A DNA stretch of 64,000 nt from contig JAWBZR010000001.1 of the NCBI GenBank assembly GCA_044343545.1, positions 1 through 64,000 on the forward strand. Reading direction: 5' to 3'. This document shows, one piece after another, positions 9,348 to 19,077 of this stretch. Position 1 is the first letter of the stretch. Each line of letters opens with the position of its first letter. This DNA comes from Candidatus Aenigmatarchaeota archaeon (GTDB lineage Archaea; Aenigmatarchaeota; Aenigmatarchaeia; CG10238-14). The notes under the pieces are model-generated. The model saw only the letters and a program-made list of their open reading frames with translations, was not told the DNA's origin and searched no databases. The translations under genes and the position numbers were made by a program.

Positions 9348-10322
9348 TTATTTTTTTATTTTTAAATCAAAAAATATTGGTGTGTAAAAATCTATAGATG
9401 AGGGTAAACCTGAAGTGGAAATAATATATTTGTCGCACATCTCTATTTCTTTAGGCTCCCCGGGGCATACAAGTTCATTATAATAAATACTGCTACAATG
9501 CCAATACACATTCAAAGCGTTGCCAAAACCGCAAGGAAATGATGATTCGACGATCAATGCACCAACGTTATCATCTAAAGGACGATATCTGTTAAGCCTA
9601 AAGATTATTTCACCTTCCTTAACATCTTCATAATATTTTTTAGGTGTTATAAAAACAAGATATGGATTTATATCAACAAAAGAAGCTGAACCGGGTGCAG
9701 GCGAATCAATATAAAATAACTCTCCCGCGCCAGTAATGTAGATGTCTGCCTCTTTAAATGTTACTGAAGAAGCCTCTTTAAATCCTGAAGGCAAGGGACC
9801 GCAAACTTTCCCCTCTTCATAACTTTCGACGATCTCTTTATCCACATAAATCTTACCCACAGTCGAACTTGTTTCTGCTCTTAGAACATCATCTATACTT
9901 GAATCGTAGATCACTATACACTTGAAATAATCTTGACCCTTAGAAGAGAAATATTTTTTGATATCATCTATTTTTAAAGTTATTTTATTTTGATTTTTTG
10001 AAAATTTTATGTTGTACTGCAAGCCGCAATAGCTATAATCGAATTTCTTTTCATTATTTTTTACATAATCAAGAAATCCTATCCGCTCACAAGAATCTTG
10101 ACATTTGAATTCTGCGTAAGATAATTTTTCCACTTCATTCGAAAAACAGCCTTCAATGCACCTTTCAACCAAACACAATACTCTTAGCACTATTGGATTT
10201 TTCTGGCAAGTGAACGGATTTTTGACGCACTCCCACGTAGATATTTTTTTCAAAAAAATAATGCCAGCAGCCAACACTATTAATGCCAAAATAAAAGCTA
10301 ATGGTAAAAACATTCCTTTCAT
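9348..10322 (-). CDS. Large pilin-like protein (class III signal), Cys-rich
   Basis: MKG/MFLPLAFILALIVLAAGIIF. Confidence 0.7.
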   Translation of the reverse strand: MKGMFLPLAFILALIVLAAGIIFLKKISTWECVKNPFTCQKNPIVLRVLCLVERCIEGCFSNEVEKLSYAEFKCQDSCERIGFLDYVKNNEKKFDYSYCGLQYNIKFSKNQNKITLKIDDIKKYFSSKGQDYFKCIVIYDSSIDDVLRAETSSTVGKIYVDKEIVESYEEGKVCGPLPSGFKEASSVTFKEADIYITGAGELFYIDSPAPGSASFVDINPYLVFITPKKYYEDVKEGEIIFRLNRYRPLDDNVGALIVESSFPCGFGNALNVYWHCSSIYYNELVCPGEPKEIEMCDKYIISTSGLPSSIDFYTPIFFDLKIKK

Positions 10323-10444
10323 ACCAACCCCTTCAACCAGTTCATTATATTGTCAAATAAATTGGTTGATGTAGAGATAAAATAAATCAATATTGCCAAA
10401 GCTATTAAGCCAAGGATTATGCCTATCAAAAATTTCATTTCCAT
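10319..10444 (-). CDS. 41-aa mini pilin-like protein (not in ORF track)
   Basis: MEMKFLIGIILGLIALAILIYFISTSTNLFDNIMNWLKGLV; ATGA overlap with the next gene. Confidence 0.7.
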   Translation of the reverse strand: MEMKFLIGIILGLIALAILIYFISTSTNLFDNIMNWLKGLV

Positions 10445-10445
10445 A

Positions 10446-10625
10446 CTAACAACCTAAAACAGTTTTCAACAAAGCTACCTTACAAATTTCTTGAATGATT
10501 TGCTCACTAAAAGCCTTTGAACCTTCGGAAACATTTCTTAAAAAAACCCAATAAATGACGAGACCTATACTAGCTAAGATTAAAGCAATGACGATTGTCA
10601 ATACATATCCGCTTAATCCTTTCAT
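10446..10625 (-). CDS. 59-aa mini pilin with class III signal (not in ORF track)
   Basis: MKG/LSGYVLTIVIALILASIGLVIYWVFLRNVSEGSKAFSEQIIQEICKVALLKTVLGC; ATGA overlap upstream. Confidence 0.8.
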   Translation of the reverse strand: MKGLSGYVLTIVIALILASIGLVIYWVFLRNVSEGSKAFSEQIIQEICKVALLKTVLGC

Positions 10626-10780
10626 TTCCTCAACCTTAATGCTTCCTTAAATGTATTTCTTATATATTCGATTAAAGGTTCTGTCTTGCTCTTAAATATT
10701 GTAAATGATAAAACTAAAAAAAGCATTACTACTATCAAAAAAATTAGAGACACTATTATTGCATTACTCACGCCTTTCAT
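10622..10780 (-). CDS. 52-aa mini pilin with class III signal (not in ORF track)
   Basis: MKG/VSNAIIVSLIFLIVVMLFLVLSFTIFKSKTEPLIEYIRNTFKEALRLRK; starts 1 nt after the platform gene stop. Confidence 0.8.
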   Translation of the reverse strand: MKGVSNAIIVSLIFLIVVMLFLVLSFTIFKSKTEPLIEYIRNTFKEALRLRK

Positions 10781-10781
10781 C

Positions 10782-12791
10782 TTAAACACTTAAAGGTACA
10801 AGTGCGCCCAAGCCGAACTGAATTATTATCACCACTACTGTAAATATTATTGCTGCGCTTATTAAATTTGTTCCTATGGTATATCCTATTTCTGTTAAAT
10901 CATTACCTCTTTCTATTTGGACTCTAAACATGTTTATCGAAATTATAAGCTCTATCATATATATGCCTACTATTATTATCATTAATTCTATAGGCATAAC
11001 AGCTTCGAGTTTTGTTCCTATAATCGGAATCTCTTGCTGATCTATCGGCAATTGAGTAAAAATGTTTGAAACAAATATCAATATCTTCATGACTATCCCT
11101 CCCAAACCCACAACTACTCCAGCCGCTAACGGAACAAGTAAAGATGACATTAATCGCATAGATGATGTTACATCTTCCAATAATTGCTTCAAGTGTTCAT
11201 CGACTTCGTGCACATTTTTTAAATATTGAGATATTGCAATGAGAGTTGAAGAAACAGCTCCCCATCCCTTGGAAGAAGAATCTGCCAATATCTTCATGGT
11301 GTTTCTAATAGTTTTCGAAGGATAATATTTCAGTATACCAAATTCCTTGCTAAACAATGCATCCCTTAATGTGACTCCTAAATTATTCATCGTGTTTGTG
11401 AGTTTTTCAAAAAATGAGTAAATTTTCTGGTCTTTTAATCTTTCGCTCGTTTTTCTCAACGAAGCTTCTATAGGCTGACCGGACCTTAAAGTACTTGCCA
11501 ATATAAAGATTGATTCGGCAAACTCTGCCTCTATTTCCTCAAGCTCTTTTTTTATTTTTTTGTTTTTGTTCGTAGATAAAAGAGTAAAAATTATCACAGA
11601 AATTGTTAACCCCCAAAAAATTTGCAAACCGTACAAGGTTCTTATATTGATGGATGTTTTATTGCTAATGTTAATTATTCCTATTACAGCTGGAAATGAT
11701 ATTAGAGCAAATACGAAAAGAGAAAAAGGTAAAAGAGGTACTTGAATTTTTTTATTTCCTAAATTTAAAGCAAAAAAACCAAAAACAGAAGCATCCGGAT
11801 GATTTTTTATGTCCACGGCATGAAAAGCATATGGCCGCTTGTTGAGAGTGTTAGTCATCAATATATATACTGTCAAGGGTAACAAGACGTTATAAAGGAA
11901 GAAAAGGGTATAAGGGCTTATTAATGTGGGTATGATCATGCCGAGTATAGGGAAAAGTATGAGTGTAATTACAGGAAGAAAGATGCCCAAAGCGTTTATC
12001 ATTGTGATTGGATTTTTTAGCTCTCTTGCATAATTGTTCATTCTTTCCATGTTTGATTGCAATATGAGCTGGATTGCCCTTTCAATTATCTTATCTCTTT
12101 CATATATTTCTGTGACTGAAGTTTTTAGCAAATCCAAAGCTTGAGAGAATTCTCTATTTTCAAATTTCCATTTAATTGAAAAATCGTCCAACGCATCTTC
12201 TATTCTACTGTACCTTCCAGTGTAAATATCCCACAACAGCTTTCTCAAATCTCTTCCTATGGGACCATCTAAATTAAAAGCCGCAAAGGTGACAGCACTT
12301 TCTAGATTGGGAATATTTTTCAATCCTATGGAAATGTAAAGGATAGTTTGAACTATTTCGGCCGAAGCTTCGACTCTTATTTTTTTTGCATACAAGGAAG
12401 GATAAATCAAAACATAATAAGCAAGAGAAAAACCGACTACAGAAAAAATAAAGCAATATTTGAAGATTTCAAAAAATGACGAGCCAATAGAAAGCATTGC
12501 TAAAAAAAAGGATATGTTAAGGATCATTGTAAAAATTAAAATCAAAATGAAGGCAGAATAAACATCTTTTGCTTCTATTTTAAAATTTACGAAATTTATT
12601 TTTTGTTGCAAATCTCTTGTTTTTTCATTATCTATCTCTATTCTTATTATAGAGCTTGCAAAATTACAAAATTTTTCGAAAAATGTTTTTTTCTCAACTT
12701 CTTCTTTCAAGAACCTCAAATAATCTGCTGACAAATTTCTTACTGTAGTGCCATGTTGATATATTTGGCTTAATTCTTCAATTTTTTTCAT
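10782..12791 (-). CDS. Type IV pilus/Tad platform protein (TadC/GspF/ArlJ-like), copy 1
   Basis: Multi-TM protein directly downstream of the secretion ATPase (ATGA overlap). Confidence 0.8.
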   Translation of the reverse strand: MKKIEELSQIYQHGTTVRNLSADYLRFLKEEVEKKTFFEKFCNFASSIIRIEIDNEKTRDLQQKINFVNFKIEAKDVYSAFILILIFTMILNISFFLAMLSIGSSFFEIFKYCFIFSVVGFSLAYYVLIYPSLYAKKIRVEASAEIVQTILYISIGLKNIPNLESAVTFAAFNLDGPIGRDLRKLLWDIYTGRYSRIEDALDDFSIKWKFENREFSQALDLLKTSVTEIYERDKIIERAIQLILQSNMERMNNYARELKNPITMINALGIFLPVITLILFPILGMIIPTLISPYTLFFLYNVLLPLTVYILMTNTLNKRPYAFHAVDIKNHPDASVFGFFALNLGNKKIQVPLLPFSLFVFALISFPAVIGIINISNKTSINIRTLYGLQIFWGLTISVIIFTLLSTNKNKKIKKELEEIEAEFAESIFILASTLRSGQPIEASLRKTSERLKDQKIYSFFEKLTNTMNNLGVTLRDALFSKEFGILKYYPSKTIRNTMKILADSSSKGWGAVSSTLIAISQYLKNVHEVDEHLKQLLEDVTSSMRLMSSLLVPLAAGVVVGLGGIVMKILIFVSNIFTQLPIDQQEIPIIGTKLEAVMPIELMIIIVGIYMIELIISINMFRVQIERGNDLTEIGYTIGTNLISAAIIFTVVVIIIQFGLGALVPLSV

Positions 12792-15028
12792 CTTCTCCCT
12801 CTTAATGCATTTTTAAACCAATCATTCCATCTTTTGAAGATTTCTTTTGAATCCAAACCGCCCAACTCTCTTTGAACTTGGTCGGAAATTAAATGAAACA
12901 TTTCATTGCTATCTGAAACCCATTCTGCTTCTAATATATCGAATCTATTAAGTTTTCTGGCATAATCAACCATTGTTTGCTTTATTTTTGCTCTCAATTC
13001 TATATTATCCCACACAGCTTCCCAATTTCCATGCCATTCTCTAACTCTTTTCGCTATTTCATTTATTACATAAGATTCTCCGTTTAACAAAGTATCGGTA
13101 GGTTTTAACGTATCTTCCTTTGCAGAATATTCCATCAAATTTACAAAACCATTTTCTTCCAATGGATCTTCCTTCCAGTGTTTTCTTATTTCCGTTACTT
13201 CCAGCACTCTTCTATATCTTCTTAACCCATCAGCTGATTTTATCATTCCAGAAATTGTGACTATGTCTATGGCCTTAAAGCTTGTTTTTGTAACTCCCAA
13301 ATCATTCACAACTCTATCAAAAACGCCGTAAGCACTCTCTCCGTGTATGGTCCCGGCTACTACATGAGCTAATGCACCTATTCTCATCGCTTCGAACAAA
13401 GCTACAGCTTCTTTTGATCTCACTTCTCCTACTATTAAACAAGAGTCGCCCAAACGCAAAGCCGTTCTCAATGCTTCCTCAGCTGGTAACTCGGATTCTA
13501 CGCGTGTAATGACAGAACGAGATTTCATTCTTTCAATATTGTATCCTAAATTTCTCAATTGAGGCACGGGCAATTCTAATGTATCTTCAACTGTAATTAT
13601 TCTAAACTTTTTCATAATTTCTAACATTGTAGCACCAAGCATGCTTGATTTACCAGAGGAACGACCGCCGGCAAATAAAATCGACCTTGAACCATCAACT
13701 ATGAAACTCATCAAGCCTGCATAGAGAGGTGAGAAGTATTTTTGATTTAACAGTAAAGGGTATGTCCACGGCCTGTCTCTATGTCTTCTCAAAGCATAAG
13801 CTATCCCGTCAGGACTTAGATTTCTTGTAATTGCTGCCACTCTTGCCCTCCCACCAGGAACGAAAAGCTCTGTATCCAAAACGGGGTTAGCTTCGTCCAA
13901 CGGTCTACCTGAAAAAAGTCTAAATCTAGTTGCCCAGCTTTCTGCATCTTCTCTTGTAGGTATGAGATTTGTTTCGCATTCGTCATAATCGTCATGATGT
14001 ACATAAACAGGTGTTACTCCAACGGGTGAATTGATGTATATGTCTTGCAATTTTTCATCATTTAAAAGCAATTCGAGGACGCCAAAACCCGTAGTATGCC
14101 TAACAAGAATTTCTGTCATTTCTTCTATTTCTTTTGACGTATACTTTGCTCCCCCAGATTGCAAGATCAAATCTCTTCCTATATTCGTAAAGATTTCTCT
14201 TACCTTTTCTGGATTCGTAAATTCTGTTTCAGATGGCTTGTGCTCTGCAAGCTGTCTCCTTGCATTCTCTAAAATCGCATACTTCTCATCATCCAACCTG
14301 AATTCTGGTGCATTAAGAAAATAATACAACCTCACTCTTTCTGGTACTTTAAAAATTTCTACTTGAATGTTGCCAGGCAACACGTATCTATCAACGAGCC
14401 TGCTGTTTTTTGGAGGCAAAGAAGCGTATCGCGTAAGCATAAAAATCGGCCTTATCATGGGGTTAAAAATCATTCTATATGGATCTCTATCCCCAATTCT
14501 ATGACCAAAGATAACATCTACAGATGACCTTATCAGCCTGGTTTTTTCTAAAAGAGTTTTGATGGCATTCAACTTTGAAAGGAGCAACTTGATTGCTATC
14601 CTCTCGTTTATATCTTTCGATTTTTCGAGTTTAAACTCGTACATCCTTGCCATTCTTTTTATTTTTACAAAAGCCCCTATAGGATCTTTTTTTAGCATGT
14701 CTGTAATAACTTGCTTTAACAATTGAAGTGGCTGAAAGATGTATGGATTATAATTAGGATGATACAAAGACGGGTCTTCCAGAATCTTGTCCTTGTTAAC
14801 TATCTTATCATAAATGTTAGCTATTTCAACAATCATAGATGTTTGATCAAAATCATATTCATATTCTCTTCTCTCTGCTAAAATTATTCTTTCCACTCTT
14901 TTGTATTCGAGTATTTTGTCTATCAAGAAAGACATCAAAACTTCAGAATCTTCTAAAGTGAAACCAAATATGCTATCCAGGCAATTTATCTTTAATATCC
15001 CGTCAGCATAGTCGGTTTCAAAAACCAT
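12788..15028 (-). CDS. Type II/IV secretion-pilus assembly ATPase (CpaF/TadA/ArlI family)
   Basis: Walker A GGRSSGKS, Asp box VEDTLEL, Walker B LIVGEVR, His box GTIHGES. Confidence 0.92.
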   Translation of the reverse strand: MVFETDYADGILKINCLDSIFGFTLEDSEVLMSFLIDKILEYKRVERIILAERREYEYDFDQTSMIVEIANIYDKIVNKDKILEDPSLYHPNYNPYIFQPLQLLKQVITDMLKKDPIGAFVKIKRMARMYEFKLEKSKDINERIAIKLLLSKLNAIKTLLEKTRLIRSSVDVIFGHRIGDRDPYRMIFNPMIRPIFMLTRYASLPPKNSRLVDRYVLPGNIQVEIFKVPERVRLYYFLNAPEFRLDDEKYAILENARRQLAEHKPSETEFTNPEKVREIFTNIGRDLILQSGGAKYTSKEIEEMTEILVRHTTGFGVLELLLNDEKLQDIYINSPVGVTPVYVHHDDYDECETNLIPTREDAESWATRFRLFSGRPLDEANPVLDTELFVPGGRARVAAITRNLSPDGIAYALRRHRDRPWTYPLLLNQKYFSPLYAGLMSFIVDGSRSILFAGGRSSGKSSMLGATMLEIMKKFRIITVEDTLELPVPQLRNLGYNIERMKSRSVITRVESELPAEEALRTALRLGDSCLIVGEVRSKEAVALFEAMRIGALAHVVAGTIHGESAYGVFDRVVNDLGVTKTSFKAIDIVTISGMIKSADGLRRYRRVLEVTEIRKHWKEDPLEENGFVNLMEYSAKEDTLKPTDTLLNGESYVINEIAKRVREWHGNWEAVWDNIELRAKIKQTMVDYARKLNRFDILEAEWVSDSNEMFHLISDQVQRELGGLDSKEIFKRWNDWFKNALRGRR

Positions 15029-15083
15029 TCAAATCACTAAATTATATTACTTAATTAATCAAAATAATTATTTGGTATAGTTT

Positions 15084-15464
15084 ATGGTTTTCGATAAACC
15101 TAAACCACCCGTGGACACGGAAACAGTAAGAAGAATAAATGACAATACTAGAAGAATTAGAATAATAGAGCAAAGGCTAGATATAATAGATTCGAGAATA
15201 AAAGGAATTGAAGAAAAAATGATTGACGAGCTACAAACTCTTAAAGTGACGTTTGATAGATTATACGAGCAAGTAAAGGAACTATCAACTGAAGTAAAGA
15301 ACATGAGAGGAACTATATTGAAATTTGAGCAAGCATTGGAAAAAACAGCCAAAAAAAGCGAGTTAAAAGAAATCCAAAGTTTACTTGATTTGTATAATCC
15401 CATAAAATCGAGGTTCGTCACAAGAGATGAGCTCGAAAGAATTTTAGAAAGAAAAAAGGAATAA
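15084..15464 (+). CDS. Coiled-coil hypothetical protein
   Basis: 126-aa ORF with heptad pattern, divergent from the ATPase. Confidence 0.7.
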   Translation: MVFDKPKPPVDTETVRRINDNTRRIRIIEQRLDIIDSRIKGIEEKMIDELQTLKVTFDRLYEQVKELSTEVKNMRGTILKFEQALEKTAKKSELKEIQSLLDLYNPIKSRFVTRDELERILERKKE

Positions 15465-15505
15465 TTTTAAGTAGAAAAAATAATAAAATTATAAGGTGTT
15501 AAAGT

Positions 15506-16168
15506 TTGATTAAGTTTTTAGGTGGAAGCAAAAAACAACCCGAAAAACCGCCTGTCATAGGCAAAGGGTTTATACCCACCGATAAAGTAAAGGATTTGAG
15601 CAGTAAGGGATTTTCCGAAGCAGAAATAATAGATATATTGAGAAAGGATGGTTTCAGCTCAGAGGAGATAGATAGAGCTTTAACGCAAGCTTTAAAAATA
15701 GGCGCGACAGGTGAAGAGGAAATGCCGCAAAACTTTTTTACATCGCAACCTCAAGACAATTTTCAAGAGCCTCCTCTGTTTCAACCGTTTCAACAGGAGA
15801 CGCAACAAGTCATGCAACCTCAAGAATATTACGTGCCGCAAAACTACATCAGCGAAGAACTTATAGAATCAATTGTTCACGAAAAAATGAGCGACTTGGA
15901 CGAAAGACTAATAGAATTTAAGAACAAGTATAATGAACTTGAAAGAAAATTGGCAGATTTGAGAAATCAATTAAGTATAGTGGCGAAAGGCGGAAAGGAA
16001 AGGGAATCGGAGTTGATTTCAAAAGTAGACAATTTGAAAGAGAGTGTGGAAGAGTTAAGCGCCAAACTTTCAAGCTTGGAAAAAACTTTCAAAGATGCCT
16101 TGCCATCTTTGATAGAAAGTGTGAGAGCATTAACTGACCTTGTTCATGAAATGAGAAAAAAGCAATAG
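15506..16168 (+). CDS. Coiled-coil hypothetical protein with Q/P-rich linker
   Basis: Small helical N-terminal domain, Q/P-rich linker, long coiled coil. Confidence 0.7.
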   Translation: MIKFLGGSKKQPEKPPVIGKGFIPTDKVKDLSSKGFSEAEIIDILRKDGFSSEEIDRALTQALKIGATGEEEMPQNFFTSQPQDNFQEPPLFQPFQQETQQVMQPQEYYVPQNYISEELIESIVHEKMSDLDERLIEFKNKYNELERKLADLRNQLSIVAKGGKERESELISKVDNLKESVEELSAKLSSLEKTFKDALPSLIESVRALTDLVHEMRKKQ

Positions 16169-16205
16169 AGAATTTATTTATTAACAAAAATTATCAATAT
16201 TAATT

Positions 16206-16730
16206 ATGACAAATCCGTTTAGAGTTCTTGTAGAAAAATTGGCTGAAACTGGAATTTATGATTTTCTCTTGCCAATGATCATATTTTGGGCCATTATGTA
16301 TGGACTTTTGAGAAAATCAAAAATATTTGGTGATGCCGAAGCTATTTATGCGATACTGACATTTGCCTTTTCATTTTTCATTTGGGGCTATGCGGCAACT
16401 TTACCTGAAATGAGCATTGGAAGACCGCTTTCTCAATTTACCGCGCAATTTTTTGTTATAACATTAATATTTTTCTTTGGTTTTGTTGCAGCAAGCATCG
16501 CCTATCCAAATTTCACAGATGCTTTAAAGGTAGCTTTTGAAGGGAAAACCACACTATTGTGGGTGTTTTTAGTGATATTTATTATTTTATTCTTCATAGT
16601 AGGATTGAATAATTTCTTAAAATTGGAAAATATATTTGGCGGTGAGGGTGGTACTGCGATTTTATTAATATTGTTTTTATTCATAGGCTTGACGATAGCT
16701 GTAACATCAGTATTGCCTCCAAAGCAGTGA
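16206..16730 (+). CDS. Multi-TM hypothetical protein, paralog 1
   Basis: About 5 TM; shares KLAExG..FLxP..YGLLRKSKIFG with the next gene. Confidence 0.75.
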   Translation: MTNPFRVLVEKLAETGIYDFLLPMIIFWAIMYGLLRKSKIFGDAEAIYAILTFAFSFFIWGYAATLPEMSIGRPLSQFTAQFFVITLIFFFGFVAASIAYPNFTDALKVAFEGKTTLLWVFLVIFIILFFIVGLNNFLKLENIFGGEGGTAILLILFLFIGLTIAVTSVLPPKQ

Positions 16731-16736
16731 GAGGAT

Positions 16737-17276
16737 ATGGCCGACATATTCAAAAACGTGATTTTAAAATTGGCTGAGATAGGTGCTTTTAATTTTCTCT
16801 TCCCTTTTATTTTAACCTCTGCAATTTTTTATGGACTTTTGAGAAAATCAAAAATATTTGGTGAAGATTCAGACAGAAATGTAGCTGTTCATGCTGTTAT
16901 ATCACTATCAGCCGCATTCATGGTTTGGGCATTCCCTATATTAAGGGGTATAGACGTGCAAACACAACTTTCAACATTTTTCATTCAAGGTTTGGTAGTT
17001 ATGCTCATAATAATGGTTGGATTGATGACTGTGGGAATGATATTGCCAGAAAATCTCCCACAAAAAATATGGGAAAAAATCAATAAATCTTCTACAGCCA
17101 CAGTTTTAATATTCGCTGGATTAGCTGTCGGTTTTATTGTTTTCTTGACAAGTGGTTTGGTGAGCTTATTTATAACACCAGACATGATATCAACAATACC
17201 TTCCGATGTATTGATGATGATAGGAGTGATACTTGTCATGATAATACCTATTGTGTGGATGATTTCTTCGAAATAA
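16737..17276 (+). CDS. Multi-TM hypothetical protein, paralog 2
   Basis: Tandem paralog of 16206..16730. Confidence 0.75.
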   Translation: MADIFKNVILKLAEIGAFNFLFPFILTSAIFYGLLRKSKIFGEDSDRNVAVHAVISLSAAFMVWAFPILRGIDVQTQLSTFFIQGLVVMLIIMVGLMTVGMILPENLPQKIWEKINKSSTATVLIFAGLAVGFIVFLTSGLVSLFITPDMISTIPSDVLMMIGVILVMIIPIVWMISSK

Positions 17277-17277
17277 T

Positions 17278-17523
17278 TTATTGTTTTTCAAAAGCCTCTA
17301 GATATTCCCCTGCCTCGAAAAGGCCCCAAGCAAAAGATATTGCTTCCCAAGCCTTTACATAATCTTGGTGATCTACCCAATATTTGCAATCTCTAATATA
17401 TGCCTTTATGTTTTCGAGAAATTGGTTTTTTGAAACATCTTTCATTTTTACATTTTTTACTTTTTCTTCTAATTTTTTCATCCACTTCTCTATTTCTTCC
17501 TTTTCTATCTTATTTTTCAACAC
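17278..17523 (-). CDS. DUF357 family protein
   Basis: AYIRDCKYW...AWEAISFAWGLFEAG pattern; typical neighbour of dph5; start GTG/TTG near 17523. Confidence 0.75.
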   Translation of the reverse strand: MLKNKIEKEEIEKWMKKLEEKVKNVKMKDVSKNQFLENIKAYIRDCKYWVDHQDYVKAWEAISFAWGLFEAGEYLEAFEKQ

Positions 17524-18283
17524 GCCTAAACAACTCCAAGTATTCTTTTTCTGTAAAATGTAAAGATCCAGGTAGTATGATGCAAAAAGGTGGTTGCCCA
17601 AAATCCATATCTTTTAATTCTAAAACTTTACCGAACACTATCTTTGCATCATCACTTCCCGCTCTTGCAAAAACTATAATTTCAGAATGCTCTGTAAAAA
17701 CGTTCTCTTTTTTTTCTTCTTCCATTTTTAAAAGTATTTCTATCGCTTCTTTTACACTCATGCATCTCCTTTCCTCTTCCGAAATATCAAGTAAAATCAA
17801 GGTATGTAAACCTCTTTCTTTGTTGCCTTTCAATCTTTCATAAGCAGACATGGGTAATTTATTTTTTAATCTTTCGAAAAAAGGTATGGTTATAGTTGCT
17901 CCAAACTTATACATATGCAAACCAACTTCACCAACTGCAGAAAATATAGAAGAGCCATGTATGACTTTCGTATCTATACCTTTCTTCATAGCTTCATACC
18001 TTAAAGATAAATGAGTCGTGGCGCAAAAAGCATCACCGCCTACAAGAAAACCAACTTTTTTTCTCTCAGCTTCTCTAAGTAATATATCACTTTCTTCCAC
18101 GTCTCTCCTATTCAACAAAATGATTTTTTTTCCTATGAGACCTTCCAAATTTTCTATGGTAGTATTAAGTTTATGTGTATAAAATTCGGCAAACAATACA
18201 TCACAACTTCTTGCTTCTTCGACTGCCTTAATGCTCATATCTTTTTCATCATATAGACCTATGCTTATGAAAACCAAACTCAT
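17510..18283 (-). CDS. dph5: Diphthine synthase
   Basis: IGLYDEKDMS, GGDAFCATTH, YKFGATITIPF, GLHTLILLDI, LHFTEKEYL. Confidence 0.95.
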   Translation of the reverse strand: MSLVFISIGLYDEKDMSIKAVEEARSCDVLFAEFYTHKLNTTIENLEGLIGKKIILLNRRDVEESDILLREAERKKVGFLVGGDAFCATTHLSLRYEAMKKGIDTKVIHGSSIFSAVGEVGLHMYKFGATITIPFFERLKNKLPMSAYERLKGNKERGLHTLILLDISEEERRCMSVKEAIEILLKMEEEKKENVFTEHSEIIVFARAGSDDAKIVFGKVLELKDMDFGQPPFCIILPGSLHFTEKEYLELFRRVEK

Positions 18284-18324
18284 GATTGATTTTTAATAAA
18301 TTTAGATTAATAAAAGTGAATTAT

Positions 18325-19077
18325 ATGGCAAGTTATGAAATCATAGGTTCAAGAGATAAAGCTGTAGCTGTTGTTGAATTAAGAGAGGAAAATGAAAGCG
18401 AAGTTGTGGAACAAATAATCAAAAGGCACAAGAATGTTAAGAGCGTGTTAAAAAAAGTGTCTGAAAGGAAAGGGGTTGAAAGGTTAAGGGAGTATGAAAT
18501 TTTGTGGGGCGAAGAGAATACTGAAGTTATACATAAAGAGTATGGCTACAAGCTTGTTTTAGATCCTCAGAAAGTTTATTTTTCGCCAAGAGAAGGAACG
18601 GAGAGGCAAAGAATAGCTTCTATGGTTAAAGATGGTGAAACAGTTATGGTGATGTTTGCTGGTGTTGGCCCCATAGCTGTCGCAATAGCAAAGAAAAAAC
18701 CAAAAACGCATGTAATTGCAATAGAAATAAATCCTCATGCTGTGGAATACATGAAAAAAAACGTAAAAATTAACAAGTTAGAAGGCAAAATAGATGTCGT
18801 TCTTGGCGATGTAAGAGACAAATGTCAAAAATATTTTGGCTGCTGTGATAGAGTTATCATGCCTTTGCCTCATAAATCAGAACTTTTTTTAGACCTAGCA
18901 TTAAAGTGCCTAAAAAACGGTGGATGGATACATTTATATGTGATAAAGAGTGAAAATGAAATAGAGAATTTTGCGAAAAAAATAGCAGAAGATATTAATG
19001 CAAAAGACTACAAGATTAAAAAAGTGTTGCCTTACGCTCCAAGAATATACAAATATTGCATCGATATCATGTTATAA
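18325..19077 (+). CDS. Trm5/TYW2 (Met10+) family tRNA G37 modification SAM-dependent transferase
   Basis: KVYFSPR, MFAGVGP, EINP, DRVIMPLP motifs. Confidence 0.85.
   Translation: MASYEIIGSRDKAVAVVELREENESEVVEQIIKRHKNVKSVLKKVSERKGVERLREYEILWGEENTEVIHKEYGYKLVLDPQKVYFSPREGTERQRIASMVKDGETVMVMFAGVGPIAVAIAKKKPKTHVIAIEINPHAVEYMKKNVKINKLEGKIDVVLGDVRDKCQKYFGCCDRVIMPLPHKSELFLDLALKCLKNGGWIHLYVIKSENEIENFAKKIAEDINAKDYKIKKVLPYAPRIYKYCIDIML

Noticed and set aside
541..15028. Archaellum operon
   Set aside because: No recognisable archaellin N-terminus, ArlF/G/H or chemotaxis genes
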